Positions 31,525-40,877 of a stretch of 64,000 nt of DNA are shown here, in pieces. How positions within the stretch are numbered: position 1 is the first letter of the stretch; each line of letters opens with the position of its first letter. The DNA lies in assembly GCA_050331735.1 (NCBI GenBank), contig JBHJGN010000018.1, positions 1 through 64,000 on the forward strand. Reading direction: 5' to 3'. A program made the position numbers and the translations under genes. This stretch comes from Cyanophyceae cyanobacterium. Lineage in GTDB: Bacteria; Cyanobacteriota; Cyanobacteriia; Cyanobacteriales; JBHJGN01. The notes beneath the pieces are model-generated. The model was not told the origin of the DNA. It made no database searches and saw only the letters and a list, made by a program, of their open reading frames with translations.

Positions 31525-32346
31525 TTAATTAAGAAGCGGCTCTCGGCTAAACAATAGGTCAATATACCCTCGTTGCTTAACCAATTTATTCACAAGTTGC
31601 TCGCGAGCAAGTTCCAAGTTTCCCTGCTTTCCGAGAACGTACATAAAATATTCTCGCTCTTGAAAAAAACCGATGATTTTTTCTGGATCAAATCCTAATT
31701 CTTCTACACTAGCTGGCATATATTCTAAGGCAATAACTGCATCGGGATTAGCTACTAAAGTTTCTTTCATTCCCAAGCAGACTGGAAACTCATATCCTTG
31801 AACATCGATTTTAATAAATTTGACCCTAGCACGATCTAATTTTGAGAAGACAAAACTATCTACAGACCACAAATCAACAGTAGAAACTTTTTTTAAATCT
31901 CGCCCCAAGTCTTTAAACTCTTTTGTCGCAATCCGATGGTCAGCATGATGGTTTTGATTGTGCCATAATTGAATAGTGCCTTGCGTTTCTCCCACAGCAG
32001 CTTGAATAGGAATAATTCTTTCTTTTTGTTGATTTAGTTTAATAATTTGTCGCAGGCTGACAGAATTTTGATAGTCAGGTTCAAAAGCATAAACCCGAAA
32101 GCCTGAAGTAATTGCTTTTGAAAAAACAACTGAAGTATAACCGATATTCGCGCCAATATCAAGAATATTACCTCCCTGAAAAAGAGCTGGATACCGCTGA
32201 GTTAGTCCATAAAAAGGATCTTCAAAATGGCGTTTGTATAAGAAATAAGCAGTCCAAAATATTTTTTTAAACCAAGCTTTTTCCAGCAAGCCTAACTTCT
32301 GAAATCTACGATAAATCCACAGCAAAATTTTCTGAAAAACATGCAT
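31525..32346 (-). CDS. FkbM family methyltransferase
   Basis: ILDIGANIGY, VYAFEP, FIKIDVQGYE. Confidence 0.92.
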   Translation of the reverse strand: MHVFQKILLWIYRRFQKLGLLEKAWFKKIFWTAYFLYKRHFEDPFYGLTQRYPALFQGGNILDIGANIGYTSVVFSKAITSGFRVYAFEPDYQNSVSLRQIIKLNQQKERIIPIQAAVGETQGTIQLWHNQNHHADHRIATKEFKDLGRDLKKVSTVDLWSVDSFVFSKLDRARVKFIKIDVQGYEFPVCLGMKETLVANPDAVIALEYMPASVEELGFDPEKIIGFFQEREYFMYVLGKQGNLELAREQLVNKLVKQRGYIDLLFSREPLLN

Positions 32347-32930
32347 ACTATTTTCTTTATTATTAATTTAATTGGACAGAAATAATTTCAGGCATATTTA
32401 CGCAAATTATCGGTTATCGTACTTGAACTTTAGCAAAAAAATAATGCCACTTTCTTGAGTACAGATTCTTAAATCACAAGCCAAATATTAAATTTGCTAG
32501 TCGATAGCCAGCCGTTTTTAATTCATAGTCTTTTCCTTTCGACAAAATAAAGTACGCTACTGTAATAACCTGCGGTATCTATCGGCCATCAGTAACCAGA
32601 AATAAATCAACTATGGTTAATGTTTTTTCGATATAAGCTGAGTCAGCTCCATTTCTAACTTTCAATCTTAATATCGCGCTGTAGTTACTTGAAAATTGGC
32701 TCTTAATCATAATGAATTCGCTCTATCCTCGTTATACGATCAATTTAGCAAAACTTGATCTGAACTACACTAAGGCACGTCTTTGAAAGAGCTGATTTTT
32801 CCTTAACATGCTGAGCACTAGAAATTTCATGACCTTTGAAGCTATGTCGTCAGGAGTATTTTAGTCTTTCTAAATTAGTCATTCAAATTGAATCAAAATT
32901 CTCAAGAGCACATCTCGAAAAACAGTAATT

Positions 32931-34649
32931 TTATGTATACAAATGATATTTGTCTATAGATCTAAGTAGATAAGGAACGAAAAATAATAACAAAAGACTA
33001 AAAATGCTTAAAACAATTCCGATCTTAAAGGCTGGAGTCCATTGATGAAGAAGTTCTACACTATAAATTCCTTCTTCCAGATTTAGTTCTATGGTTCCAT
33101 CTTCAGACATATTAATCGGAGAAGGTTGATTGTTAACATATAAATGCCAAGCTGGATAATAATAAGTGCGTATTCTAATAGTTGATGATTCTTGTACCGT
33201 TACGTCAAATCTTCTTTGATAACTTTCCCATTGGTTAAGCCTGATTTTTGCTTGACCGTCGGTCACAGAAATTTTCGGTTGTCCGATTACAGGTGTAGGA
33301 GGCAATGCTCGACCATCATTTAATAAAGGACGATATTCTTCAACATCTCTTAAATTATTTTGATAAGGAGCATAAAGTATTTCTTTAAAATATGCTAAAT
33401 GTTCTATATTACCTCTACCTGGATTACCAATGGTAACGAATTGACGAGATAATTTGTACCAATATCTAAAATTAGCTAAAAGAATAGCAATAACGAAACA
33501 ATATAAAACTAATTTAAAGTTAAATCTTATTTCTAATATTCCTTTAACTGCAACTGCAAACAAAGCGGCACCTGTGAAAGAAAATATTTGCAAGAATCTC
33601 CAAGGAAACTGAACCATCTGTAGGGTGTTACTAGCCTCCCAGATAGGCATGGATAAAGAAGTCATCATAAATAAAACAGCAACAGACATCAATCCCCAAC
33701 GCCAAGCTTCTTGTCTGACTTCAGCTTGACTTCGACACCAAATTAAGATAATGCCAGCTACAATTAAGATGGCTAGTGTTTGGTGCGTAACAATATAAGG
33801 TATGCTAACTAACTCATTAATGTTAGTAGGAAAGAAAGATAAGCCGGCACCGAGCATAGCAGCTTTAAATCCACCAAGAACTCCTTTCATTATTTCGGTA
33901 TTAACAAAAGATTGTTCTACAATGGCTGGCAATAGGTATAAAGACGCTATTCCTAAACCAATCCCAGCAAAAACGATTGCTGCAACGACATTTTTCCAAG
34001 CGTAATTAAGTAGAAAAAATAGCGTATAAGGTAGCCACACGATGGCACACAGCAATAGGCTAGTAGTGTGAGTTAAAGCGAGAATTGTCCACGATAGGGC
34101 TAAAGCAGTGCGCCATTGAGTTTTTTTTAAAGATTGCTCTGTCACCCACCAAATTAAAGGAATCCATGCTTGAACAAAAATAGAAGCTAAACCTCCTCTC
34201 CAGTAGACATCAAGAGCTAAATAAGGAGCTGTCATGTAAGCCAATGCTCCTAAAAGAGAAGGAATAATTCCACAGCGGGCGCGCCCAAATAAATAAAAAT
34301 TAAACCCCGATAGAAATAGTGCTAGAGAAAAAAGAATAACAACTGTATTTTCTGTACTTAAACCACTAAGTTTAAAGAGTGAACCAAGATAGTAAACTAA
34401 TGGCGGATAGAAAACAAAAGTAGGACTGCCATAGCCATAGTTAGTTCCTGCTAGCCAGCGAGGATACCAAATTCCTTCAGCAAATTGTTTAGAGAAATGT
34501 TGTAGCCAAGTAACATGAGTTGGCATATCAGCTTGACCGTTTAATCCATCACGCATCATGACCAAATTAAGCACTATGGTCGCACATATCAAGAGACCGA
34601 TACACACAATATCCATGGAACGAGAAGTTAAACTTTTTTGCATGGTCAT
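32931..34649 (-). CDS. PTPS-related membrane protein (GT-C fold glycosyltransferase)
   Basis: DMPTH, GIWYPRW....NYGYGSPTFVFYPPL, YMTAPY, QFPWRFL, YYPAW. Confidence 0.85.
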   Translation of the reverse strand: MTMQKSLTSRSMDIVCIGLLICATIVLNLVMMRDGLNGQADMPTHVTWLQHFSKQFAEGIWYPRWLAGTNYGYGSPTFVFYPPLVYYLGSLFKLSGLSTENTVVILFSLALFLSGFNFYLFGRARCGIIPSLLGALAYMTAPYLALDVYWRGGLASIFVQAWIPLIWWVTEQSLKKTQWRTALALSWTILALTHTTSLLLCAIVWLPYTLFFLLNYAWKNVVAAIVFAGIGLGIASLYLLPAIVEQSFVNTEIMKGVLGGFKAAMLGAGLSFFPTNINELVSIPYIVTHQTLAILIVAGIILIWCRSQAEVRQEAWRWGLMSVAVLFMMTSLSMPIWEASNTLQMVQFPWRFLQIFSFTGAALFAVAVKGILEIRFNFKLVLYCFVIAILLANFRYWYKLSRQFVTIGNPGRGNIEHLAYFKEILYAPYQNNLRDVEEYRPLLNDGRALPPTPVIGQPKISVTDGQAKIRLNQWESYQRRFDVTVQESSTIRIRTYYYPAWHLYVNNQPSPINMSEDGTIELNLEEGIYSVELLHQWTPAFKIGIVLSIFSLLLLFFVPYLLRSIDKYHLYT

Positions 34650-34838
34650 GGTTTTATATGCGTAATGAGTTTTATAAAAAACAGTATTAAATTTTAGAGT
34701 AATCTAGTTTCTAAGAGATCTACTGCTGAAAGACAACTGAGTTGACTGCTAATTTACACCACTTATTGATTTCCCTACTTTAGCTGGGCTTGAATTAGTG
34801 ACAAAGCCTTCATCGCTAAAACAAAATCACTGTTAGGG

Positions 34839-36215
34839 TTAACGGAACTTAATCTTTTTCGCTGCGTAAAGGCACATTTTTAAGAGAACTAGTCCCTCCT
34901 TGAAATGCTGAATATTAGAGCTTCCATAACTTCGCGGGTCATATCTAACGGGAATATCTTGAATTTTTAATCCTAATTTAGCTGCGCCAAAGAGTAAGTC
35001 AAAATCTCCAAAAGGATCGAATTCTCCAAAGTAGGAACGATTAGCTGCAACTTTTAGATAGTTTTCCCTTGAGATCACTTTAGTGCCACACAAAGAATCT
35101 TTGATTTTAGTATTAATTAAATAGGAAAGTAGCCAAGCAAAAAAACGATTAGCTAGTCGATTTAACCCAGGCATTGCTGCTGAACTAACAGGATAAATCA
35201 GGCGACATCCATTAGCAAATTCACATTGTCTAGAGGCGATCGCTTGAAAAAAGTAAATTAAATCTTCCGGTCTAACAGTTAAATCTGAGTCTAATATGAT
35301 TAGGACATCACCCGTTGCTGTAGCAAATCCCTGACGCACGGCATCCCCTTTGCCTTTAGCGGTTTGTTTGCTAATTTTAATGTCCCATTCTGCGCCATAT
35401 TGTTGTTGTACTCGTTGGATTTCTTCCCAAGTATTATCCTTTGAATGACCTTCAACAAAGATAATCTCTGTATGCTTACCTAGTTTAGGCATTCGAGTCA
35501 CGCAATTTTCAATGTTCCCGGCCTCATTCCTTGCTGGAATAATTACAGAACAAGTCATATTATTCTGATTAGTCGTATTTTTGGGTCTGGGTTTAGCAAT
35601 AATGTATTCTGTTAAACACAAGTCGTTGATTAGAGGCAACGGAGCCAAAAATTTATTGAATACAGAAAACAAATGAAAAAAGCGGCGAGGGAACAACATC
35701 CGCTTCTCATGATAAATAACTTCAAAATCTTCGAGGTTTAGTAAGTTTTTGATATCTTCAAAACTTAACCAATTAAGATTATCGACAGGCATTCTCTGTT
35801 TCAAAATAGTTGCTACTTTTAGAACAGATTCCCAAGCTGGATTGTGAAAAGTTAAAACAACTTTTGTTGAAGGCTTACATAATTTCTGAATATTATTGAA
35901 AGCCTTTTGAATGTTTTGGAGATAGCTAACGGTATGGGTTAAAAGAATATAGTCGAACTGTTTATCAATTTCAAAACTCTCTGGTTCTCCGACATAAAAC
36001 TGGAAATGGGGAAACCTTTGCTGGGCCATTTTAATGGCTTCTGGATTAATATCAATTCCATAGCCTGACCTTGGTTTAACCGCTTGTAATAAATCTCCTG
36101 TCCCCGTCCCGATAGCTAAAACATCTAAATCGGGAGGAATAAAAAACTGGTACGTTTTTTCAATATCTTGATAATAAGCTAGATTCTTTTTTCTCCATCC
36201 CTCTAGATCCGCCAT
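34839..36215 (-). CDS. Fused SAM-methyltransferase-like / GT2 (polyprenol-phosphate sugar synthase-like) protein
   Basis: N-terminal VLAIGTGTG..GIDI; C-terminal SVIIPARNEAG, GKGDAVRQG, ILDSDL, DSLCGTK, DPFGDFDLL. Confidence 0.88.
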   Translation of the reverse strand: MADLEGWRKKNLAYYQDIEKTYQFFIPPDLDVLAIGTGTGDLLQAVKPRSGYGIDINPEAIKMAQQRFPHFQFYVGEPESFEIDKQFDYILLTHTVSYLQNIQKAFNNIQKLCKPSTKVVLTFHNPAWESVLKVATILKQRMPVDNLNWLSFEDIKNLLNLEDFEVIYHEKRMLFPRRFFHLFSVFNKFLAPLPLINDLCLTEYIIAKPRPKNTTNQNNMTCSVIIPARNEAGNIENCVTRMPKLGKHTEIIFVEGHSKDNTWEEIQRVQQQYGAEWDIKISKQTAKGKGDAVRQGFATATGDVLIILDSDLTVRPEDLIYFFQAIASRQCEFANGCRLIYPVSSAAMPGLNRLANRFFAWLLSYLINTKIKDSLCGTKVISRENYLKVAANRSYFGEFDPFGDFDLLFGAAKLGLKIQDIPVRYDPRSYGSSNIQHFKEGLVLLKMCLYAAKKIKFR

Positions 36216-36269
36216 AACAAATTAACCCCAAACTGTTAATAATGAATAATAATTGTGGATAAAATCAAA

Positions 36270-36641
36270 TTATCGCCAAGAGATTAAAATCACCCCACAG
36301 GTGATAAAGCCCAAACCAATTAAGCGATTGGGAGAAACAGCTTCTTGAAAAGCGAAATAGCCAAAAAGAACTGAAAATACGTAGATTAAAGAGGCTGATG
36401 GCGCAGCAATGCTAAGTTTGACGCGCGTCAGCACCATAATATAAGCAATTGCTCCCAATCCGTAACAAGCTAGCCCGAATAACAATTCAGGAGTTGTTAC
36501 GATTCTCAAAATGTGGCTAACAACATTGCTAGAAGTAACTTTTCCCAGCTTTAATGCCCCTAGCTTTAGGAAGAATTGCCCAAATGCACTAGACAGAATC
36601 GACATTAGCAGCAGACTAAACTCTTGTGGGGTCATAATCAA
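36270..36641 (-). CDS. Small EamA/SMR-like transporter (ArnE/ArnF-like flippase)
   Basis: 123 aa, four TM helices, GQFFLKLG, LTRVKLSIAAP, FQEAVS. Confidence 0.85.
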   Translation of the reverse strand: MIMTPQEFSLLLMSILSSAFGQFFLKLGALKLGKVTSSNVVSHILRIVTTPELLFGLACYGLGAIAYIMVLTRVKLSIAAPSASLIYVFSVLFGYFAFQEAVSPNRLIGLGFITCGVILISWR

Positions 36642-37009
36642 AATTTAAAGTCGTTTTGAAGATTTCCTGAAAAATTGAGTGTTTTAGATCTTTTTATCTA
36701 AGCACTTGTATCGAAAACAACCAAATTTCTGGAAACCAAAGCTCAAAGGTTTCTTTTTAGCTCGGTAATCTCAAATCAATCATGACAATAGATGAATTCA
36801 ACTTTTGATTAGTTTGTTGCCAATTGACTAGTAGTTTGTCCAGTTTACTGCTTACTTACCAAAACCTCCAATAATTGTGTACTTTCTTTGCGAACTAGCT
36901 CTGAGCAGCAGTAGTTGTGCTACATAGAACCTGCGAAAAACTGTCCTGTTCCGCTGGGAGGTAGTTGCGTGAACTTAACTTTCCCGCCGTTCCACGGCAA
37001 CAACAAATA

Positions 37010-37153
37010 ATACCAATTAGAAAAAGTAATCGGAGACTTGATGAGTTGGGGGAAAGGGGAAGGGGTAAAGGGAAGCACAGCAGCTCTTTGCCCTTGAACC
37101 TCCAATGCTTAGTTAGTTTAAGGAACTATCTGACTACTTTCGGTCAATGGTAT
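37010..37153. mobile_element. MITE, 144 bp (family 1, copy 2)
   Basis: Matches 17183-17333 apart from 7 substitutions and one 7-nt deletion in the G-rich tract. Confidence 0.88.
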
Positions 37154-37730
37154 AAAAAACGCTGCAACCGAGCCAATTAAGGTATTTTCTAGTAAAGCTA
37201 AAAAGCTCAGATTGTCTGAGCCTGTGCCGATAAACAGGGTTTGGAAAAGTGACGGCGGGACAAAAGCAGCAATAATGCCAGCGACGGTAAAACCGAAGGT
37301 GACATCTTTCCACACTATTTTCCATTAGAAAATACTTGCGAGCTACCTGTCGCCGTCTCTGGAGGCTGGTAATTTTATCTTTCCAGTCGGGCGCATTTTG
37401 CTGTCCGTTGTCTTGCCCTTGGCGCTCATTAAGTCTCTGTCGTGTTTTTTCGATCAGCTTTTTCGGGCGCGTAAACCGCACAATCAGCCATATAAACCGA
37501 ATTAGCAAGATCCTGCCAACATACTCGTCCACTACAAACTGCCAACTGAGGAAGACGGCGATCGTAAAGCCCAGTTCGATGACCAGATTAGTAGAAGCTA
37601 ACAGAAAAGTCAGGGAAGGAACAAAACCGGCTCCTTTTTTAAACAGAGATTTAGTCGTCGCTAACGCCGCAAAGCTACAGGAACTAGAGATAAAGCAAAA
37701 GAAATTCCCCAAAGCAACGCTTGCTTTTTT
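37154..37730 (-). pseudogene. Permease (DUF318/ArsP-like) pseudogene
   Basis: ISSSCSFAALA, FLLASTNLVIELG, then frameshift near 37320 to VWKDVTFGFTVAGIIAAFVP; N-terminus missing, 3' end cut by the MITE. Confidence 0.82.
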
Positions 37731-37907
37731 GTCCTATTCTATTTCTCGGAAACTGACAGAAGAGGGATAAACAGAGAGAGAAACTAACCACTAGAATGTA
37801 TCTTCTAATAGTCTGTTTCTCTCTATCTAGACGACAGCTTTCAGTTGACAAAACCGCCTTTTAATTCAGGATGCTAATCAAAAGCTTGCGTAAATTTTAC
37901 GCTTTGG

Positions 37908-38507
37908 TTACTGCGACTGAAGCTGAGAAACCAGTTGTTCTCGCAGGTCGCTAGGCATTAATACTCGATTAATCGCGTGAATAACGCCATTATCGGCCTG
38001 AATGTCGGCGTTGATAACGCTGGCATTGTTAACGATGACTCCAGCGGAATTCACCAGAACAGCCACCCCACCACCGAGAGTATCTACAGTTCCCGTTGAG
38101 ATTTCACTGGAGGTCACTTCGCTAGGAACAACATGATAGGTCAGCACCTGCTTGAGCAGTTCCTGATTCTCTGGCTGAAGCAGATACTCGAGCGCCCCAT
38201 CAGGAAGCTCAGCAAAAGCTTCGTCAGTCGGAGCAAAGACAGTGTAAGGACCACCTGAAGCGAGCGTGTCCTTCAATCCAGCAGCTTCAACAGCCTGGAC
38301 TAAGGTATTAAAACCTTGACTGTTAGCGGCGACAGTAACAACGCTATTGCCCATATCGCTCTGGGACTCCTGCTCCATCATTTGCGCTGATGAATCCTCG
38401 TTCATGGATTCTGAAGTATGGTTATCTGCTAAGGCAGGAGCGACGGCTAAAACGCTCATTCCCACAGCACTCGCAAATAGAGCAACTTTTTGTGTCAGGT
38501 ATTTCAT
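37908..38507 (-). CDS. Fasciclin (FAS1) domain secreted protein
   Basis: Signal peptide, TVFAPTDEAF, LTYHVVP, NGVIHAINRVLMP. Confidence 0.93.
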   Translation of the reverse strand: MKYLTQKVALFASAVGMSVLAVAPALADNHTSESMNEDSSAQMMEQESQSDMGNSVVTVAANSQGFNTLVQAVEAAGLKDTLASGGPYTVFAPTDEAFAELPDGALEYLLQPENQELLKQVLTYHVVPSEVTSSEISTGTVDTLGGGVAVLVNSAGVIVNNASVINADIQADNGVIHAINRVLMPSDLREQLVSQLQSQ

Positions 38508-38539
38508 GATTTTTGTAAAGTTTGCTTGACTTTGAATAC

Positions 38540-38575
38540 ATTATACAGTACCAAAATTTTACAAAGCTTTACATC
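38540..38575 (-). promoter_or_regulatory. Putative promoter with HLR1 (RpaB) motif
   Basis: -10 TATAAT (38545-38540); direct repeat TTTACAAA-GC-TTTACATC (38558-38575, + strand) fits HLR1 with one mismatch. Confidence 0.6.
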
Positions 38576-38645
38576 CTACCAGAGGGAGAAAGCTTCCTTC
38601 TCGGATAAGGGTGTTATCGCTTATTAATTCCGTGCAGACTCTTGG

Positions 38646-40043
38646 TCATGAAGCCTCGCCCCCAACCGTAACATTCCGAATCCGCAAACTCGGTCCGCCA
38701 CAGCCGACGGGCAATCCGCTTTGTCCTCCCTTGCCACAGCCGCCCGATTCGTCCCAGTAGAAGTCGTTACCAATAGCCTCAATGCGATCTAAGGTTTTGA
38801 AGACGTTGCCAGAAAGAGTGATATCTCGCACGGGTTCAGCAATGCGCCCGTTACGAATCATCCAGGCTTCTCCCGCACTGAAGGTAAACATCTCTCCGTT
38901 GGTCATGCCTCCACGCCAGTTACGAGCGTAAACGCCTTCTTTGATCCCTGCCAGCAAATCGCTCACCGCCGTTGTGCCTCGCCCAATCCAGGTATTGGTC
39001 ATTCTCACAATTGGCGGATAGTGGTAGCTGAGGCAACGGGCGTTGCCGGTAGGCTGTTCTCCCAATTTACCAGCGGTTTCGCGGGAGTGTAGTCTCCCAA
39101 CGAGAATACCGTCTTGAATCAGTTGAGTTGTGGTGGCAGGAGTGCCTTCATCGTCGTATCGATAACTGCCTCGGTGTCCTGGCGGAGCAGCGCCATCAAA
39201 AATCTGGAGCTCCTGGGGTCCAAACCGTTTTCCCATGCTCATCACTTCCAGAAGCTCCGGGTTCTCGTAAAGCATATCCGCTTCACTAAGATGCCCGAAG
39301 GCTTCGTGGACAAATAAGCCCGTTAAAATTGGGTCAATAACAACGGTGTAGGTGTTGCCCTTAACGATAGGCAAACGGAGAGAATCGACGGCTCGCTGTG
39401 CTGCTCCTCTCACTGACTTCTCTAAACCGATTAGGTCTTCATAGGCTCTGCGGGAGCCTGTGGTTTCTCGCCCGGTTTGAACGGTTTCTCCATCTCGTGC
39501 CGTCGCGGAAAAGCGCATTTCCATATCGACCCAAGCTTGCTCAATCAGCGCGCCGTCTGAAGTGGCCAGCAGCGTTCGCTGGGTGCTGTCGTCGTAGCGG
39601 ACTGAGGTAGTGGTCACCGCATCGCTGTAGCGGCGCAGCAGGTCATTGTAGCGATCGCACAGCGCTTTTTTGTCGGCGAGGGAAACCTGGCGCGGGTCGG
39701 TTCCGGTAAGCGGCAGTACGCAGGATACCTGCACCGGGTCCACCGGGGCCAGGATCGTTTCATCGTCCCCGACAATCCTTGCAGCGGCGATCGCTTCTTC
39801 AACCCGTTCGGCTAGAGTGGAGAGGTCGTTAAAGGTCGCAAAGCCCCAACCGCCTCGGTAGCAAGCTCTCACCTGTCCACCTACCGAAATACTTTCGCTC
39901 AAGGTTTCCACGCGATCGCCCCGCAGCCCGATGCTGGTTCCCTCCGATTCTTCTAAGCGAATGGCGAGATGGTCTACGCGATGACGATAGCGACTGATTA
40001 AGTCAGTCAATCTATTGCGATGCTCGGCAATGAGGTTTGGCAT
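38646..40043 (-). CDS. tldD: TldD/PmbA family metalloprotease
   Basis: FVHEAFGHLSEAD, YDDEG, RMTNT, GGCGKGGQ..PVGCGGP; start placed at ATG 40043. Confidence 0.9.
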   Translation of the reverse strand: MPNLIAEHRNRLTDLISRYRHRVDHLAIRLEESEGTSIGLRGDRVETLSESISVGGQVRACYRGGWGFATFNDLSTLAERVEEAIAAARIVGDDETILAPVDPVQVSCVLPLTGTDPRQVSLADKKALCDRYNDLLRRYSDAVTTTSVRYDDSTQRTLLATSDGALIEQAWVDMEMRFSATARDGETVQTGRETTGSRRAYEDLIGLEKSVRGAAQRAVDSLRLPIVKGNTYTVVIDPILTGLFVHEAFGHLSEADMLYENPELLEVMSMGKRFGPQELQIFDGAAPPGHRGSYRYDDEGTPATTTQLIQDGILVGRLHSRETAGKLGEQPTGNARCLSYHYPPIVRMTNTWIGRGTTAVSDLLAGIKEGVYARNWRGGMTNGEMFTFSAGEAWMIRNGRIAEPVRDITLSGNVFKTLDRIEAIGNDFYWDESGGCGKGGQSGLPVGCGGPSLRIRNVTVGGEAS

Positions 40044-40075
40044 AGTAAACAGAGTGCCACATATTTTTAGCACTC

Positions 40076-40858
40076 TCAGTTTAAGTGGGCACTGACATGA
40101 GCAGGCTGTCGCTCACCGTGTCTTTCCACCCAGAATGGCTGTTGTCGGCGTTGAGAGGACGGCTGAGGACAGGTCATGTTGTTAAAGTCGCACTGAAAGA
40201 TATAGGGCTTTTGCCAGCTCAAGGGAATTTCCAGAAGGTCTCTAGCCCCAGTGAACCCTTGCCCGAGAAAGAGCAGCAGAGCCACGCAGTTCAGAACAAT
40301 ATGAGCCGTGCGCCAGCGGTTCTGCCGATCCTGATAAATATCTTCGACAATTGCCACCGAGAAGAGCATCAGCAGAGCCGCAGCAATGCCAAAATAGTAA
40401 TGGGACACCCACCATTCATTGGTGCGCCGAAACACGCCATCCTGGCAGCCTAAGACTATCAGGCCCATGCCGGTTAGGGTGGCAAAGATTCCCTTCCACA
40501 GCTTCTGCTGCGCTCGCAGCAAAAATACTAAAGAGGCCACCGTCAGCGCCCAGATGAGGCCGATAAATATCACCTGCACAGGACGGCTCTGCCAAACCTG
40601 CTCAGTGATAATGTGGTAGCTAATTGGATAGGTTAGTCCTAGGAGAGCCACGCCGACAACGGCTGCCGTCAGCCAGTGTCCAATTTGAACGTGTTCCCGT
40701 CCGACCACTGGAGGGATTTTGCTTTTCTCTTTACTAGCAACTTTGAGGCGGCGCTGGCGCGTCTGCCAGGCATAGTGGGTGACAATGCCAATCAGGGGAA
40801 AGGCAAACACCACGGCCAGGGTGGGGTGAATCAGAGCAGCAAGATCTGAAGCAGTCAT
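40076..40858 (-). CDS. DUF4079 family membrane protein
   Basis: LIHP, WQTRQRR, EHVQIG, SHYY, RWRTAH, GFTGARDLLEIPL. Confidence 0.85.
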   Translation of the reverse strand: MTASDLAALIHPTLAVVFAFPLIGIVTHYAWQTRQRRLKVASKEKSKIPPVVGREHVQIGHWLTAAVVGVALLGLTYPISYHIITEQVWQSRPVQVIFIGLIWALTVASLVFLLRAQQKLWKGIFATLTGMGLIVLGCQDGVFRRTNEWWVSHYYFGIAAALLMLFSVAIVEDIYQDRQNRWRTAHIVLNCVALLLFLGQGFTGARDLLEIPLSWQKPYIFQCDFNNMTCPQPSSQRRQQPFWVERHGERQPAHVSAHLN

Positions 40859-40877
40859 ATCAGTTATCAGGTATTAG

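Noticed and set aside
36920..37180. Short ORFs spanning the MITE
   Set aside because: Chance frames through non-coding MITE sequence; too short for a transposase.
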